The translations under genes were made by a program, and so were the position numbers. A stretch of DNA of 64,000 bases from Bacteroidaceae bacterium (GTDB lineage: Bacteria; Bacteroidota; Bacteroidia; Bacteroidales; Bacteroidaceae): NCBI GenBank assembly GCA_017650045.1, contig JAGCFP010000080.1, forward strand, positions 9,468-73,467, read 5' to 3'. Below are positions 49,783 through 60,173 of this stretch, piece by piece. The notes beneath the pieces were generated by a model. It saw only the letters and a program-made list of their open reading frames with translations, was not told the DNA's origin and made no database searches. Positions within the stretch are counted from its first letter, which is position 1, and every line of letters starts with the position of its first letter.

Positions 49783-50052
49783 TGCTCTTAAAACAATTGA
49801 AAACTGAGATTGTGAGATGCATATTTATGCGTTTTATAACAGAAGAAAGTGTATATATTTGCATTTTCGTCCAACTTTCTTAATCGTCTTCTTTTGCGCA
49901 AATTTTGGTTTCAACGTGAGGAAAATTTTACGCCCTCGTGAGGGAAGAAAAATTCCAGCGTGAGGCATTTTTCTTTACTTCACCTGTAGCTTATTGCGAA
50001 GGATGCATATTTATTCATCTCAGTATCTCAGTTTTCAGTTGTTTTAGGAGCA
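49783..50052. mobile_element. MITE-like non-coding element, 270 bp, 37 bp terminal inverted repeats
   Basis: TGCTCTTAAAACAATTGAAAACTGAGATTGTGAGATG (49783-49819) vs reverse complement of 50016-50052 TGCTCCTAAAACAACTGAAAACTGAGATACTGAGATG (33/37); no ORF; no clear target-site duplication. Confidence 0.6.
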
Positions 50053-50068
50053 CAGTGCATCACTGGAT

Positions 50069-50112
50069 AAAAAAACAGAGCGCACCCTTATAGAAAGGCT
50101 GATGCGCTCTGT
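50069..50112 (-). terminator. Terminator downstream of slyD
   Basis: A-tract then ACAGAGCGCA..TGCGCTCTGT on + strand. Confidence 0.8.
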
Positions 50113-50201
50113 AACCAATAAAACGATGATATTTATCACTCACAGGAAGATGATCCTGAATTATTGCGGTGAGGTGATAAAACTGGAGAAAGCGTGATGG
50201 C

Positions 50202-50777
50202 TTAGCTTTTGTGACAATCGCAGTCGGGACCGCAGTCACTGCCTTCACAGTTGCAGTCTTTCTTCCCTTTCTCACAACCACCACATCCTGAACATCCTGC
50301 AGGTGAAGTAACTGCAGCGATTTCTTCAGCGGTAGCAGGACGAACCTCGATGACCTCACCAATGAAATTGAGGTCGCAACCTGCCAATGGGTGATTGAGG
50401 TCAACCTCTACCACATTCTCTTTGATTTCATTGACAACGGCACTGAAACGGTCACCATCGGCTGAAATCAGTGGAATGATGGCTCCTTCCTGCACATGCT
50501 CATCATCAAACTTGCCATCAATGAAGAAAGTGCTCTTTGGCAACTCCACTACATGGGTTTCATCATACTCGCCATAGGCCTCATTCTGAGGGATGACAAA
50601 GTCGAACTTGTCACCTGTAGCCAGTGCTTCCATCTTTTTCTCAAAAGCCTCAATGGCCAGGCCTAAGCCTGTGATAAACTCGAAAGGCTCCTCTGCAGGG
50701 GCTTCTTCAGCGAAATCGCGCTCTCCATCCTCGATGGTGTATAGCTTGTAAGCTACTTTGTAGTACTTATTCTCCAT
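50202..50777 (-). CDS. slyD: FKBP-type peptidyl-prolyl isomerase (SlyD-like) with Cys-rich tail
   Basis: PFEFITG, EAYGE, VDLNHPLAG..L.F..EV..VRPAT.EE; ATG 50777. Confidence 0.88.
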   Translation of the reverse strand: MENKYYKVAYKLYTIEDGERDFAEEAPAEEPFEFITGLGLAIEAFEKKMEALATGDKFDFVIPQNEAYGEYDETHVVELPKSTFFIDGKFDDEHVQEGAIIPLISADGDRFSAVVNEIKENVVEVDLNHPLAGCDLNFIGEVIEVRPATAEEIAAVTSPAGCSGCGGCEKGKKDCNCEGSDCGPDCDCHKS

Positions 50778-50960
50778 ATCATTATCATTAATTAGGCAAC
50801 AAAGGTAGTGATTAGTTTCCAAATAACCATCATTTTGCACTCAAAGAATGCGAATCCTTACGATTTTATACAAAAGATGCAACTTTCTCTTACAATTGTT
50901 TGGTGTGTGAGAAAAATCTATTTAACTTTGCAACCGAAATCAAAAATAAGAGGTAAAATT

Positions 50961-51029
50961 ATGAATAAGCATACATCGGTCAGCCTAACTGTACTAAATG
51001 TCATTAGCCTTGTAGTCGTCGAGCTATAA
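50961..51029 (+). CDS. Leu/Val/Ile-rich leader peptide MNKHTSVSLTVLNVISLVVVEL
   Basis: 11 of 22 codons are Leu/Val/Ile; follows promoter TTTG(50899)-N20-TAACTTTG(50923). Confidence 0.85.
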   Translation: MNKHTSVSLTVLNVISLVVVEL

Positions 51030-51082
51030 TGCGTGAGAAGGGTATAGGTGTATGTTTTATATGTAATTAAGATATGGATTAG

Positions 51083-51121
51083 AGCCTTTCTCACATCATT
51101 GGAGGAAGGCTTTTATTTTTT
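51083..51121 (+). terminator. Attenuator terminator of the ilv operon
   Basis: AGCCTTTCTC-N9-GAGGAAGGCT-TTTATTTTTT just before the ilvD ATG. Confidence 0.8.
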
Positions 51122-51137
51122 AAGAGAAAAGAAGAAT

Positions 51138-52940
51138 ATGAAACACCAGTTGAGAAGTGCCGTGTGCACAGAAGGCAGAAGAATGGCGGGTGCCCGTGCC
51201 CTTTGGGTGGCTAATGGCATGAAGCGTGAGATGTTCGGAAAGCCAGTGATTGCCATTGTCAATTCGTTCACCCAGTTTGTGCCTGGCCATACGCATCTGC
51301 ATGAAATCGGACAGATTGTGAAGCGTGAGATAGAGAGCATGGGCTGCTATGCGGCTGAGTTCAATACCATCGCTATCGATGACGGCATCGCCATGGGCCA
51401 TGACGGCATGCTTTATTCACTGCCTTCACGCGACATCATCGCTGATTCTGTGGAATACATGGTGAATGCGCATAAGGCCGATGCCATGATCTGCATTTCC
51501 AACTGTGACAAAGTGACTCCAGGTATGCTGATGGCTGCCATGCGCCTGAATATCCCTGCAGTATTCTGCAGTGGTGGTCCGATGGAGGCTGGTAAGTATA
51601 AGGGCGAGAACGTGGACTTGATAGCTGCGATGGTGAAGGGGGCTGATACCAGCGTGAGTGATGAGGAACTGGCTGAGATAGAGAACCGTGCCTGTCCGGG
51701 TTGTGGCTGCTGCTCAGGTATGTTCACCGCCAACTCAATGAATTCCCTGACCGAGGCCATCGGTCTCTCATTACCAGGTAACGGTACCATTCTGGCTACC
51801 CACAAGAACCGCATCCAGCTCTTCAAGGACGCTGCCCGTCAGATAGTCACGAATGCATATAAATACTATGAGGAGGGTGATGAGAGCGTACTTCCACGCA
51901 GTATCGCCACCCGTGAGGCTTTCCTTAATGCCATGACACTGGATATTGCCATGGGTGGCTCTACCAATACCATCCTGCACTTATTGGCTGTGGCTCAAGA
52001 GGGAGGGGTGGACTTCAAGATGAACGACATAGACCAACTGAGTCGCCGTGTGCCTTGCCTTTGCAAGTTGGCACCTAATACCCAGAAATACAGCGTACAA
52101 GAGTGCGGTCGTGCGGGTGGTATCCTTGGCATCCTCGGTGAATTGGCCAAGGGTGATTTGTTGCAAACCCAGGTGAAGCGCGTCAACGGTGCCACGTTGG
52201 AGGAAGATCTGAAGAAATACAATATCCTTTCCGAGAATATCAATGCCGAGGCTAAGCGCATTTATAGCACCGCTCCTGCCAATAAGTTCAGTAACGTCAT
52301 GGGCAGTCAGGAGTGTACCTATGAGACGCTGGATACCGACCGTGCCGCGGGTTGTATCCGTGACATAGAGCATGCCTACACGAAAGACGGTGGTTTGGCA
52401 GTCTTGTTCGGCAACATCGCCCAAGACGGTTGTGTAGTAAAGACGGCTGGTGTAGATGAGAGCATCTGGAAATTCAGTGGTCCTGCCAAGGTCTTCGATT
52501 CTCAGGAAGACGCCTGCGAGGGTATCCTGAGTGGCAAGGTGGTGAGTGGCGACGTGGTGGTTATCACCCATGAAGGCCCGAAGGGTGGTCCAGGCATGCA
52601 GGAGATGCTGTATCCTACCTCTTACATCAAGAGCCGCCATCTGGGTAAGGAGTGCGCTTTGATTACCGACGGACGCTTCAGCGGTGGAACATCGGGTCTC
52701 AGTATCGGCCACATCTCACCCGAGGCAGCAGCCGGTGGTAATATCGGAAAAGTTAAAGATGGTGACATCATCGAGATAGATATCCCTAACCGCAGCATCA
52801 ATGTGCGCCTCTCAGACGAGGAGTTGGCTGCCCGTCCGCAGCAACCATTGAAGCGTCAGCGCGAGGTGTCTAAGGCATTACGTGCCTATGCCCAGAGCGT
52901 GAGCTCAGCCGATAAGGGTGGCGTGAGAATAATAGATTAA
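51138..52940 (+). CDS. ilvD: Dihydroxy-acid dehydratase
   Basis: [43 protein letters not shown]; ATG 51138. Confidence 0.97.
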   Translation: MKHQLRSAVCTEGRRMAGARALWVANGMKREMFGKPVIAIVNSFTQFVPGHTHLHEIGQIVKREIESMGCYAAEFNTIAIDDGIAMGHDGMLYSLPSRDIIADSVEYMVNAHKADAMICISNCDKVTPGMLMAAMRLNIPAVFCSGGPMEAGKYKGENVDLIAAMVKGADTSVSDEELAEIENRACPGCGCCSGMFTANSMNSLTEAIGLSLPGNGTILATHKNRIQLFKDAARQIVTNAYKYYEEGDESVLPRSIATREAFLNAMTLDIAMGGSTNTILHLLAVAQEGGVDFKMNDIDQLSRRVPCLCKLAPNTQKYSVQECGRAGGILGILGELAKGDLLQTQVKRVNGATLEEDLKKYNILSENINAEAKRIYSTAPANKFSNVMGSQECTYETLDTDRAAGCIRDIEHAYTKDGGLAVLFGNIAQDGCVVKTAGVDESIWKFSGPAKVFDSQEDACEGILSGKVVSGDVVVITHEGPKGGPGMQEMLYPTSYIKSRHLGKECALITDGRFSGGTSGLSIGHISPEAAAGGNIGKVKDGDIIEIDIPNRSINVRLSDEELAARPQQPLKRQREVSKALRAYAQSVSSADKGGVRIID

Positions 52941-52982
52941 TTGTATAATTTTTCCGCAGGTTCAATGTCCAATAAGAAAGAT

Positions 52983-54683
52983 ATGGAAAAGAAATTGATT
53001 TCAGGTTCGGAAGCATTGATGCTTTCCTTGGAACATCAAGGGGTAAAGACGATTTTCGGTTATCCAGGTGGCAGCATCATGCCTGTGTATGATGCCTTGT
53101 ACGACCATCTTGATAAACTGAATCACGTCTTGGTGCGCCATGAGCAAGGTGCTGCCCATGCAGCCGAAGGCTTTGCGCGTGTGTCGGGCGAGGTTGGTGT
53201 CTGCTTGGTGACCAGTGGCCCTGGTGCCACCAATACCGTGACAGGTATAGCTGATGCCATGATAGACAGCACACCGATCGTGGTCATTGCCGGTCAGGTG
53301 GGTGTCAGTGCCTTGGGTACCGATGCCTTCCAAGAAGTTGACTGGGTGGGTCTGACGCAGCCTATCTCCAAGTGGAGCTACATGATACGTGATGCCAATG
53401 ACATCGCCAATGCTGTGGCACGTGCCTTCTATATAGCCAAGAGTGGCAGACCTGGACCCGTGGTGCTTGATTTCCCTAAGAGTGCCCAGACACAGATGAT
53501 AGAATACAAGCCTGCCAAGGTGGACTATATCCGCAGTTATGACCCGGTGCCCGATACCGATGTGGCATCCATAGAAAAGGCTGCGGCCCTCATCAACAAT
53601 GCCAAGAAGCCATTCATGCTGGTGGGGCAGGGTGTAGAGCTGGGTGATGCACAGCAGGAACTCAAGGATTTCATCGAGAAGGCCGACATCCCTTGTGGCA
53701 CTACGATGCTGGGTCTCTCTGCCATCCCATACAATCACCCATTGAATAAAGGTATGCTGGGCATGCATGGTAATATCGGTCCGAACGTGAATACCAACAA
53801 GTGCGATGTGTTGATAGCTGTCGGTATGCGATTCAGTGACCGTGTGACGGGCTTCCTACCCAATTATGCCAAGCAGGCCAAGATTATCCACTTCGACATC
53901 GATCCTGCAGAAATTAATAAGAACGTGAAGGTAGATGTGGCAGTCTTGGGTAATTGTAAAGATACACTGAAGAAGGTAGGTGCCCTGTTGAATCCTGCGA
54001 AGCATACCAAGTGGGTAGAGAGTTTCTCCACCTATGAGAAGTTGGAATACGATAAGGTGATACACAATGAGTTGTATCCTACGTCTGGTCCGCTCACCTA
54101 TGGCGAAGTGGTAAACACTGTGGCCGAGGCTACGAAGCATGAGGCCGTATTGGTGACCGATGTAGGTCAGAACCAGCTTACTGCCTCCCGTTATTTCAAG
54201 TTGGCTAAGCAGCGCAGTATGGTTACTTCAGGAGGTTTGGGTACTATGGGCTTCGGCCTACCTGCAGCCATCGGTGCCTGCTATGGCGCACCTGGTCGCA
54301 CCGTCTGCGTATTTATCGGTGACGGTGGAATGCAGATGACTATGGAAGAACTCGGCGTGGTAATGGAACATAAGGTGCCAGTTAAGGTCATCATCCTGAA
54401 CAATCATTTCTTGGGCAATGTGCGCCAGTGGCAAGAATTGTTCTTCAATCGTCGCTACTCATTCACCCACATGTTGAATCCCGACTATATGAAGATTGCT
54501 GAAGCTTATGGCGTTCCTGCAAAGCGGGTACAAGAAAGGGCCGATCTGAAGTCGGCTGTGGAACAGATGTTGACAACTGACGGTCCGTTTATCCTCGAAG
54601 CCTGTGTGGCCGAGGAGGAGAATGTGTTGCCTATGACGCCTCCGGGTAGTGCTATCAGTGAAATAATGCTTGAAGCAGAGTAA
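52983..54683 (+). CDS. ilvB: Acetolactate synthase large subunit
   Basis: FGYPGG, RHEQGA, TSGPGATN, GMHG, SGGLGTMG, GDGG..NN. Confidence 0.96.
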   Translation: MEKKLISGSEALMLSLEHQGVKTIFGYPGGSIMPVYDALYDHLDKLNHVLVRHEQGAAHAAEGFARVSGEVGVCLVTSGPGATNTVTGIADAMIDSTPIVVIAGQVGVSALGTDAFQEVDWVGLTQPISKWSYMIRDANDIANAVARAFYIAKSGRPGPVVLDFPKSAQTQMIEYKPAKVDYIRSYDPVPDTDVASIEKAAALINNAKKPFMLVGQGVELGDAQQELKDFIEKADIPCGTTMLGLSAIPYNHPLNKGMLGMHGNIGPNVNTNKCDVLIAVGMRFSDRVTGFLPNYAKQAKIIHFDIDPAEINKNVKVDVAVLGNCKDTLKKVGALLNPAKHTKWVESFSTYEKLEYDKVIHNELYPTSGPLTYGEVVNTVAEATKHEAVLVTDVGQNQLTASRYFKLAKQRSMVTSGGLGTMGFGLPAAIGACYGAPGRTVCVFIGDGGMQMTMEELGVVMEHKVPVKVIILNNHFLGNVRQWQELFFNRRYSFTHMLNPDYMKIAEAYGVPAKRVQERADLKSAVEQMLTTDGPFILEACVAEEENVLPMTPPGSAISEIMLEAE

Positions 54684-54697
54684 AAAAAGAACGAGCT

Positions 54698-55264
54698 ATG
54701 AAGAATTTGGATATGGATAAGAAATTATATACCATCATCGTACATTCAGAGAATGTGGCGGGTGTGCTCAACCAGGTGACGGCAGTGTTCACACGTAGGC
54801 AGATCAATATTGAGAGCCTCAATGTGTCTGCCTCTTCTATCCCAGGTGTGCATAAGTACACCATCACTGCATGGACCGATCCAGATACGATGGAGAAAGT
54901 GGCCAAGCAGATCAGTAAGAAGATAGATGTGGTGCAGTCTCAGTATTTTACCGACGATAATATCTTCCAATACGAGATAGCACTCTACAAGTTGAAGACC
55001 AGCGTCTTAGAGAGCAATAAGGAAGTGTCGAAGGTGATTCGTCGAAGTGGGGCGCGCATCGTGGAGGTGAACTCCGTCTATTCCATCTTAGTAAAAGATG
55101 GCTTGAGCTCAGAGATTACCGACTTGGACGACCAGTTGATGCAGCTCGATTGCGTCTTACAGTTTGTTCGCTCAGGACGCATAGCCGTGACCAAGAGTAG
55201 CTTCGAGCGCGTGGACGATTATCTGCTTAGGCGTCAAGCTAAGTATGAGGAATTTAAGATATGA
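54698..55264 (+). CDS. ilvN: Acetolactate synthase small subunit
   Basis: EN..GVL....VFTRRQINIESL, VRSGRIA; start 54698 or 54713. Confidence 0.93.
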   Translation: MKNLDMDKKLYTIIVHSENVAGVLNQVTAVFTRRQINIESLNVSASSIPGVHKYTITAWTDPDTMEKVAKQISKKIDVVQSQYFTDDNIFQYEIALYKLKTSVLESNKEVSKVIRRSGARIVEVNSVYSILVKDGLSSEITDLDDQLMQLDCVLQFVRSGRIAVTKSSFERVDDYLLRRQAKYEEFKI

Positions 55265-56007
55265 GTGCTGAGAACAAGATAGGTACCTATCAATTCGTGG
55301 CAGAGCCATTCCATGTCGATTTCACGGGGAGGTTGACAATGGGTGTGTTGGGAAATCATCTGCTTAACGCTGCAGGCTTCCATTCTACCGAGCGTGGTTT
55401 TGGCATTGCCAAGTTGAATGAGGAGGATTATACGTGGGTGCTTTCCCGTCTCGCTATCGAACTGGATGAGATGCCTTTTCAGTATGAGCCTTTCAGCGTG
55501 GAGACATGGGTAGAGAATGTCTATCGCCTGTTCACGGATCGTAATTTTGCTGTTCTGGATAAGAATGGCAAGACATTGGGCTATGCACGCTCTGTTTGGG
55601 CGATGATAAGTACGGTTACCCGTAAACCAGCCGACTTGATGGCGATGCATAACGGGAATATCGTGGACTATATTTGTGAACGCTCTTGCCCGATAGAGAA
55701 GCCATCGCGCATTAAGGTGAAGAACCAGGAACCAATAGCAGCCATCACGGCCAAATATAGTGATATAGATATCAATGGGCATTTTAATAGTGTACGCTAT
55801 ATAGAGCATGTGCTGGATCTTTTCCCTTTAGAAAAGTTTAAGGAGAAACGTGTTCGTCGCTTCGAGATAGCCTATATGGCTGAGAGTTATTTTGGAGAAC
55901 AGCTTTTGTTCTTCATGGATCAAGAAGAGGGGACCGACAGCTACGATGTAGAGGTGCGCAAGGAAAGCGGTGAAGCTGTTTGTCGCTCGAAAGTGATTTT
56001 TAGTTAA
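55261..56007 (+). CDS. Acyl-ACP thioesterase (FatA/B-like hotdog fold)
   Basis: WVLSRLAIE, VETW, RNF, YSDIDINGHFNSVRY. Confidence 0.9.
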   Translation: MSAENKIGTYQFVAEPFHVDFTGRLTMGVLGNHLLNAAGFHSTERGFGIAKLNEEDYTWVLSRLAIELDEMPFQYEPFSVETWVENVYRLFTDRNFAVLDKNGKTLGYARSVWAMISTVTRKPADLMAMHNGNIVDYICERSCPIEKPSRIKVKNQEPIAAITAKYSDIDINGHFNSVRYIEHVLDLFPLEKFKEKRVRRFEIAYMAESYFGEQLLFFMDQEEGTDSYDVEVRKESGEAVCRSKVIFS

Positions 56008-56112
56008 ATGGAGAATTGAAGATTGAGAATTAATAACAACGAACATTAGAATTTTGAACGATGGAGCAGATATGTATGTATCATGCTCAATGTTCAATGT
56101 TCAATGCTCAAT
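56007..56112. repeat. Inverted degenerate heptamer arrays between thioesterase and ilvC
   Basis: AATGGAG AATTGAA GATTGAG..GAACATT on the left; TCATGCTCAATGTTCAATGTTCAATGCTCAAT (56081-56112) on the right. Confidence 0.8.
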
Positions 56113-56125
56113 AAAAAAAGTATTT

Positions 56126-57172
56126 ATGGCAAAAATGAATTTTGGCGGGGTAATCGAGGAAGTGGTTACCCGTGAAGAGTTTCCTTTGGAGAAAGCTCGT
56201 GAGATTTTGAAGGATGAGACACTGGCAGTGTTAGGTTATGGCATCCAGGGTCCTGGTCAGTCACTGAACCTGCGCGACAATGGTTTCAACGTGATCGTTG
56301 GTCAGCGTCCAGGTAAGAGCTACGATAAGGCCGTGGCCGATGGTTGGGTACCAGGTGAGACCCTTTTCAGCATCGAAGAGGCTTGTGATAAGGGTACAGT
56401 CATCATGTGTCTGCTCTCAGATGCAGCTGTGCTCTCTCAGTGGCCTACCATTAAGAAGTATTTGAATCCAAGCAAGACCTTGTACTTCTCTCATGGTTTC
56501 GCCATCACTTGGAGCGATCGTACTGGTGTGGTTCCTCCAGCTGATATAGATGTGATCATGGCTGCTCCTAAGGGCTCAGGTACTTCACTGCGCTCTCTCT
56601 TCTTGGAAGGCCGTGGCGTGAACGCTTCATACGCTGTTTATCAGGATGTGACGGGTAAGGCAAAGGACAAGGCGCTGGCCATCGGTATCGGCGTAGGTTC
56701 TGGCTATCTGTTCGAGACCACCTTCGAGCGTGAGGCTACCAGTGACCTGACTGGTGAGCGTGGCTCACTGATGGGTGCTATCCAGGGCTTGCTTTTGGCA
56801 CAGTATGAGGTGCTGCGCGAGAATGGTCACTCTCCATCTGAAGCATTCAACGAGACCGTAGAGGAACTCACTCAGTCGCTCATGCCACTGTTCGCAGCTA
56901 AGGGTATGGACTGGATGTATGCCAACTGCTCTACCACCGCACAGCGTGGTGCACTCGACTGGATGGGCCCGTTCCACGATGCCGTTAAGCCAGTAGTTGA
57001 GAAACTTTATGCCAGTGTGAAGTCTGGTAACGAGGCACAGATTTCTATTGATAGCAATTCACAGCCTGATTATCGTGAGAAATTGAATGCCGAGCTGAAG
57101 GCTCTGCACGACAGCGAGATGTGGCGCACCGCTGAGGTGGTTCGTCAGCTCCGCCCTGAGAACGAGGCATAA
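56126..57172 (+). CDS. ilvC: Ketol-acid reductoisomerase
   Basis: GYGIQG, NLRDNG, FSHGF, APKGSG, SDLTGERG, CSTTAQRG; ATG 56126. Confidence 0.96.
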   Translation: MAKMNFGGVIEEVVTREEFPLEKAREILKDETLAVLGYGIQGPGQSLNLRDNGFNVIVGQRPGKSYDKAVADGWVPGETLFSIEEACDKGTVIMCLLSDAAVLSQWPTIKKYLNPSKTLYFSHGFAITWSDRTGVVPPADIDVIMAAPKGSGTSLRSLFLEGRGVNASYAVYQDVTGKAKDKALAIGIGVGSGYLFETTFEREATSDLTGERGSLMGAIQGLLLAQYEVLRENGHSPSEAFNETVEELTQSLMPLFAAKGMDWMYANCSTTAQRGALDWMGPFHDAVKPVVEKLYASVKSGNEAQISIDSNSQPDYREKLNAELKALHDSEMWRTAEVVRQLRPENEA

Positions 57173-57193
57173 CTTGCCTGTGATATTATAATG

Positions 57194-57234
57194 GTGGGGT
57201 TACGTCCTGTTTATGGACGTAATCCCACTTTTTT
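57194..57234 (+). terminator. Terminator after ilvC
   Basis: GTGGGGTTACGTCC-N7-GGACGTAATCCCAC-T6. Confidence 0.88.
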
Positions 57235-59107
57235 ATATTTCCTTCAGACTATTTTGTAATTTCTTATAGAACGGATGATGTCCTAAAGTTTGTGCATCTC
57301 CAAAGATGATAAGCTTCATGCGGGCTCGGGTAATGGCAACGTTCATACGTCTCAAGTCACGTAGGAACCCTATCTCACCTTGTTCATTGGCACGTACCAA
57401 ACTGATGAGAATGACATCACGTTCCTGTCCTTGAAAACCATCTACGGTATTGATGGAAATGAGACTACGGAAAGGGCGAAAGGCAGTTGTGTTCTTTACC
57501 TTTGAGCGTAAATATTGCACCTGTGCCTTATAAGGAGAAATAATGCCGAAATCGATGCGTTCATCTAGGATACGCTTACTGCCAATACGGTCGATGTATG
57601 CCAATAAGTGCTCTAGCAGCAGGTCGGCTTCAGCCTTATTGATGCGCCCAAACGTCTCTCCCACAAATTCTTCCTTGAAATCCATCTCCGAGGTATCTAC
57701 CCAACTGATGGGAGTATCCCAATCCAAAATACCCCGATGACGTACTTCTGGAGCTGCCTGAAGTTCGCCGTCATAGAACCACTCAGAAGAAAAGCGCATG
57801 ATGTCTTCATGCATGCGATACTGTATCTTCAGTAGTGAAACTGCATTGGGCTTATGGGCAACAATGAGTTCCATCAAGGTACGGTCGAGTCCTTTCTTGG
57901 CAGCTTCGTAACATTTGATGGTTGGAGGCAACTGCTGATGGTCGCCTGCTAAGATCACGCGATTGGCTTTGCGGATAGCTATCCAACAAGCGGCTTCCAG
58001 AGCTTGCGCTGCTTCATCAATGAAGAGGGTACCAAAATGCCTGTGGTCTAATAAACGATGATTGCTGCTAACTAAGGTTGAAGCGATGACATGTGCTGCA
58101 TCAAAGAGTTCTGCATTGATCTGTACCTCTAATGCCGTGGCACGATCACGAAGTTTTCCCAGATGATGGCGCATGCGTTCACGCTCCTCAAAGTTTCCTT
58201 TCCTGGTTTTTCCTGATAAAGCTCGAAGTTCTTTACGGATGCTCCAAAGCTCAGGATAGGAGGGATGGGCCTCAAAGCGGCGCTCATAGGTGAAGGAAAG
58301 CATCTTGTCGTTTACACGGGTAGGATTGCCGATGCGCAGTACGTTTACGCCTCGATCAACGAGCTTTTCAGAAATCCAATCCACGGCCATGTTGCTTTGT
58401 GCGCATACCAACACCTGTGGCTCTCGATGCAAGGTCTCATAGATGGCTTCAACAAGTGTCGTGGTCTTTCCCGTACCTGGAGGTCCGTGTACGATGGCCA
58501 CATCTCGTGCACAGAGTACTTTGTTCACGGCGGTCTCTTGAGTAGGATTAAGCCAAGGGAATCGAACGGGATACAGTTCTCTGAAGCCAGGTTTTACAGA
58601 GCCCAATATAATCTCACGAAGTTCAGCCAGGCGATTATCCTTGGCACGAAGCACATCACCTAATGCTTCAAACATGGTACGATAGCTGGTTTCGTCAAAG
58701 AAAAGTTGTACGCCTAACCGTTCTTGTTGCTGGAGATCCATCACTGCTCCCATGCCAGGCATAGCTACTACCATACGCGTCTCATCAGCATAGCTTACAG
58801 TACCATTGAAGGAGAGGTACTTGATATCTCCATTACCGCTTTGATGGAAAAAACAGACGGGTTTACCAAATTCAAAGTTGTGCTCAATGTCGGTATCTTC
58901 TGTGCGTGTGATTTCCACAACCAACTGGTTGAGTGAGTTGTAGTAATTCCTTCCAACTGTGACGGGAAACCAACATAAGCCTCGCTTGACCTTGCGGGCA
59001 ATGCCCATGGTTTCCGTTTGTCGTTGGAATTCAGCTTTTTCAAAGTCATACTCCATGCGGAGCAGCAATTGCTGCTCCTGCAAATGGAGTAGGGGACTGT
59101 TTGTCAT
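57233..59107 (-). CDS. Superfamily 1B (Upf1/IGHMBP2-like) helicase
   Basis: [52 protein letters not shown]. Confidence 0.92.
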   Translation of the reverse strand: MTNSPLLHLQEQQLLLRMEYDFEKAEFQRQTETMGIARKVKRGLCWFPVTVGRNYYNSLNQLVVEITRTEDTDIEHNFEFGKPVCFFHQSGNGDIKYLSFNGTVSYADETRMVVAMPGMGAVMDLQQQERLGVQLFFDETSYRTMFEALGDVLRAKDNRLAELREIILGSVKPGFRELYPVRFPWLNPTQETAVNKVLCARDVAIVHGPPGTGKTTTLVEAIYETLHREPQVLVCAQSNMAVDWISEKLVDRGVNVLRIGNPTRVNDKMLSFTYERRFEAHPSYPELWSIRKELRALSGKTRKGNFEERERMRHHLGKLRDRATALEVQINAELFDAAHVIASTLVSSNHRLLDHRHFGTLFIDEAAQALEAACWIAIRKANRVILAGDHQQLPPTIKCYEAAKKGLDRTLMELIVAHKPNAVSLLKIQYRMHEDIMRFSSEWFYDGELQAAPEVRHRGILDWDTPISWVDTSEMDFKEEFVGETFGRINKAEADLLLEHLLAYIDRIGSKRILDERIDFGIISPYKAQVQYLRSKVKNTTAFRPFRSLISINTVDGFQGQERDVILISLVRANEQGEIGFLRDLRRMNVAITRARMKLIIFGDAQTLGHHPFYKKLQNSLKEI

Positions 59108-60084
59108 ATAGAGAGGTTTCTCAATACATCCACTAACTGACGGTCGATGTTCTTTTCATATTTGATGGCACGGCTGAATGGTACATAAACCACTTGGTCG
59201 TTCTTGATACCTACCATTACATTACGTTGACCTTCAAGTAAGGCATCAATGGCTGCTGCACCTAAGCGACTGGCAAGGATACGGTCGTGTGCCGTTGGAC
59301 TTCCACCACGCTGCAAGTGTCCTAAGATGGTCACACGTACATCGTACTGTGGATACTCATTCTTCACACGTTCAGCATAGTGCATGGCTCCACCTGTTAG
59401 TTCGCTTTCTGCCACGATGACAATGCTACTGTTCTTGGACTTGCGGAAACCATTCTTAATGAATTCTTCCAACTGGTCAACTTCCGTTGCAAACTCTGGA
59501 ATGATGGCAGCCTCGCAACCACCTGCAATGGCACTGTTGAGTGCAAGAAAACCAGCATCTCGTCCCATAACTTCTACGAAGAACAAACGCTCATGACTGG
59601 TGGCAGTATCGCGGATCTTATCCACACAATCCAAGATGGTATTCAGAGCTGTGTCATAACCAATGGTAGAGTCGGTTCCATAGAGGTCATTGTCGATGGT
59701 ACCAGGTAAGCCAATGCAAGGAACGTCAAATTCCTTAGCAAACTGAAGCGCACCTGTCAGGGAACCGTCGCCACCAATCACAATCAAGGCATCAATTCCC
59801 TCCTTCTTCATGTTTTCATAAGCCAACTTACGACCTTCTGGAGTACGAAACTCCTTACAGCGTGCTGTTTTTAGAATCGTACCACCTTGCTGAATGATGT
59901 TACTTACATTCTGACTTTTGAACTCCTTGATCTCTCCAGTGACCAAACCCTTGTAGCCTCTGTAGATGCCTTTTACTTGTAATCCGTGATAGATTGCTGA
60001 ACGCGTCACGGCGCGGATAGCTGCATTCATGCCTGGAGCATCACCTCCAGAGGTCAGAATACCGATGCATTTTACCTCACTCAT
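59104..60084 (-). CDS. pfkA: ATP-dependent 6-phosphofructokinase
   Basis: [35 protein letters not shown]. Confidence 0.97.
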   Translation of the reverse strand: MSEVKCIGILTSGGDAPGMNAAIRAVTRSAIYHGLQVKGIYRGYKGLVTGEIKEFKSQNVSNIIQQGGTILKTARCKEFRTPEGRKLAYENMKKEGIDALIVIGGDGSLTGALQFAKEFDVPCIGLPGTIDNDLYGTDSTIGYDTALNTILDCVDKIRDTATSHERLFFVEVMGRDAGFLALNSAIAGGCEAAIIPEFATEVDQLEEFIKNGFRKSKNSSIVIVAESELTGGAMHYAERVKNEYPQYDVRVTILGHLQRGGSPTAHDRILASRLGAAAIDALLEGQRNVMVGIKNDQVVYVPFSRAIKYEKNIDRQLVDVLRNLSI

Positions 60085-60173
60085 ATGACTATGTTATTAG
60101 TTTACTTTTATTTTGTCCTTAGTTACGCAAATCACTTTGCGAATATAAGAAAAAAGGCGATTAGTTGCTACAT

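Noticed and set aside
50113-50200. SRP (4.5S) RNA
   Set aside because: Lacks the conserved helix 8 GGAA/GNRA loop and AGCAG motif on either strand
57233-59107. SF1B helicase as an anti-phage defence gene
   Set aside because: No nuclease or partner gene; coupled to pfkA with core-like codon usage
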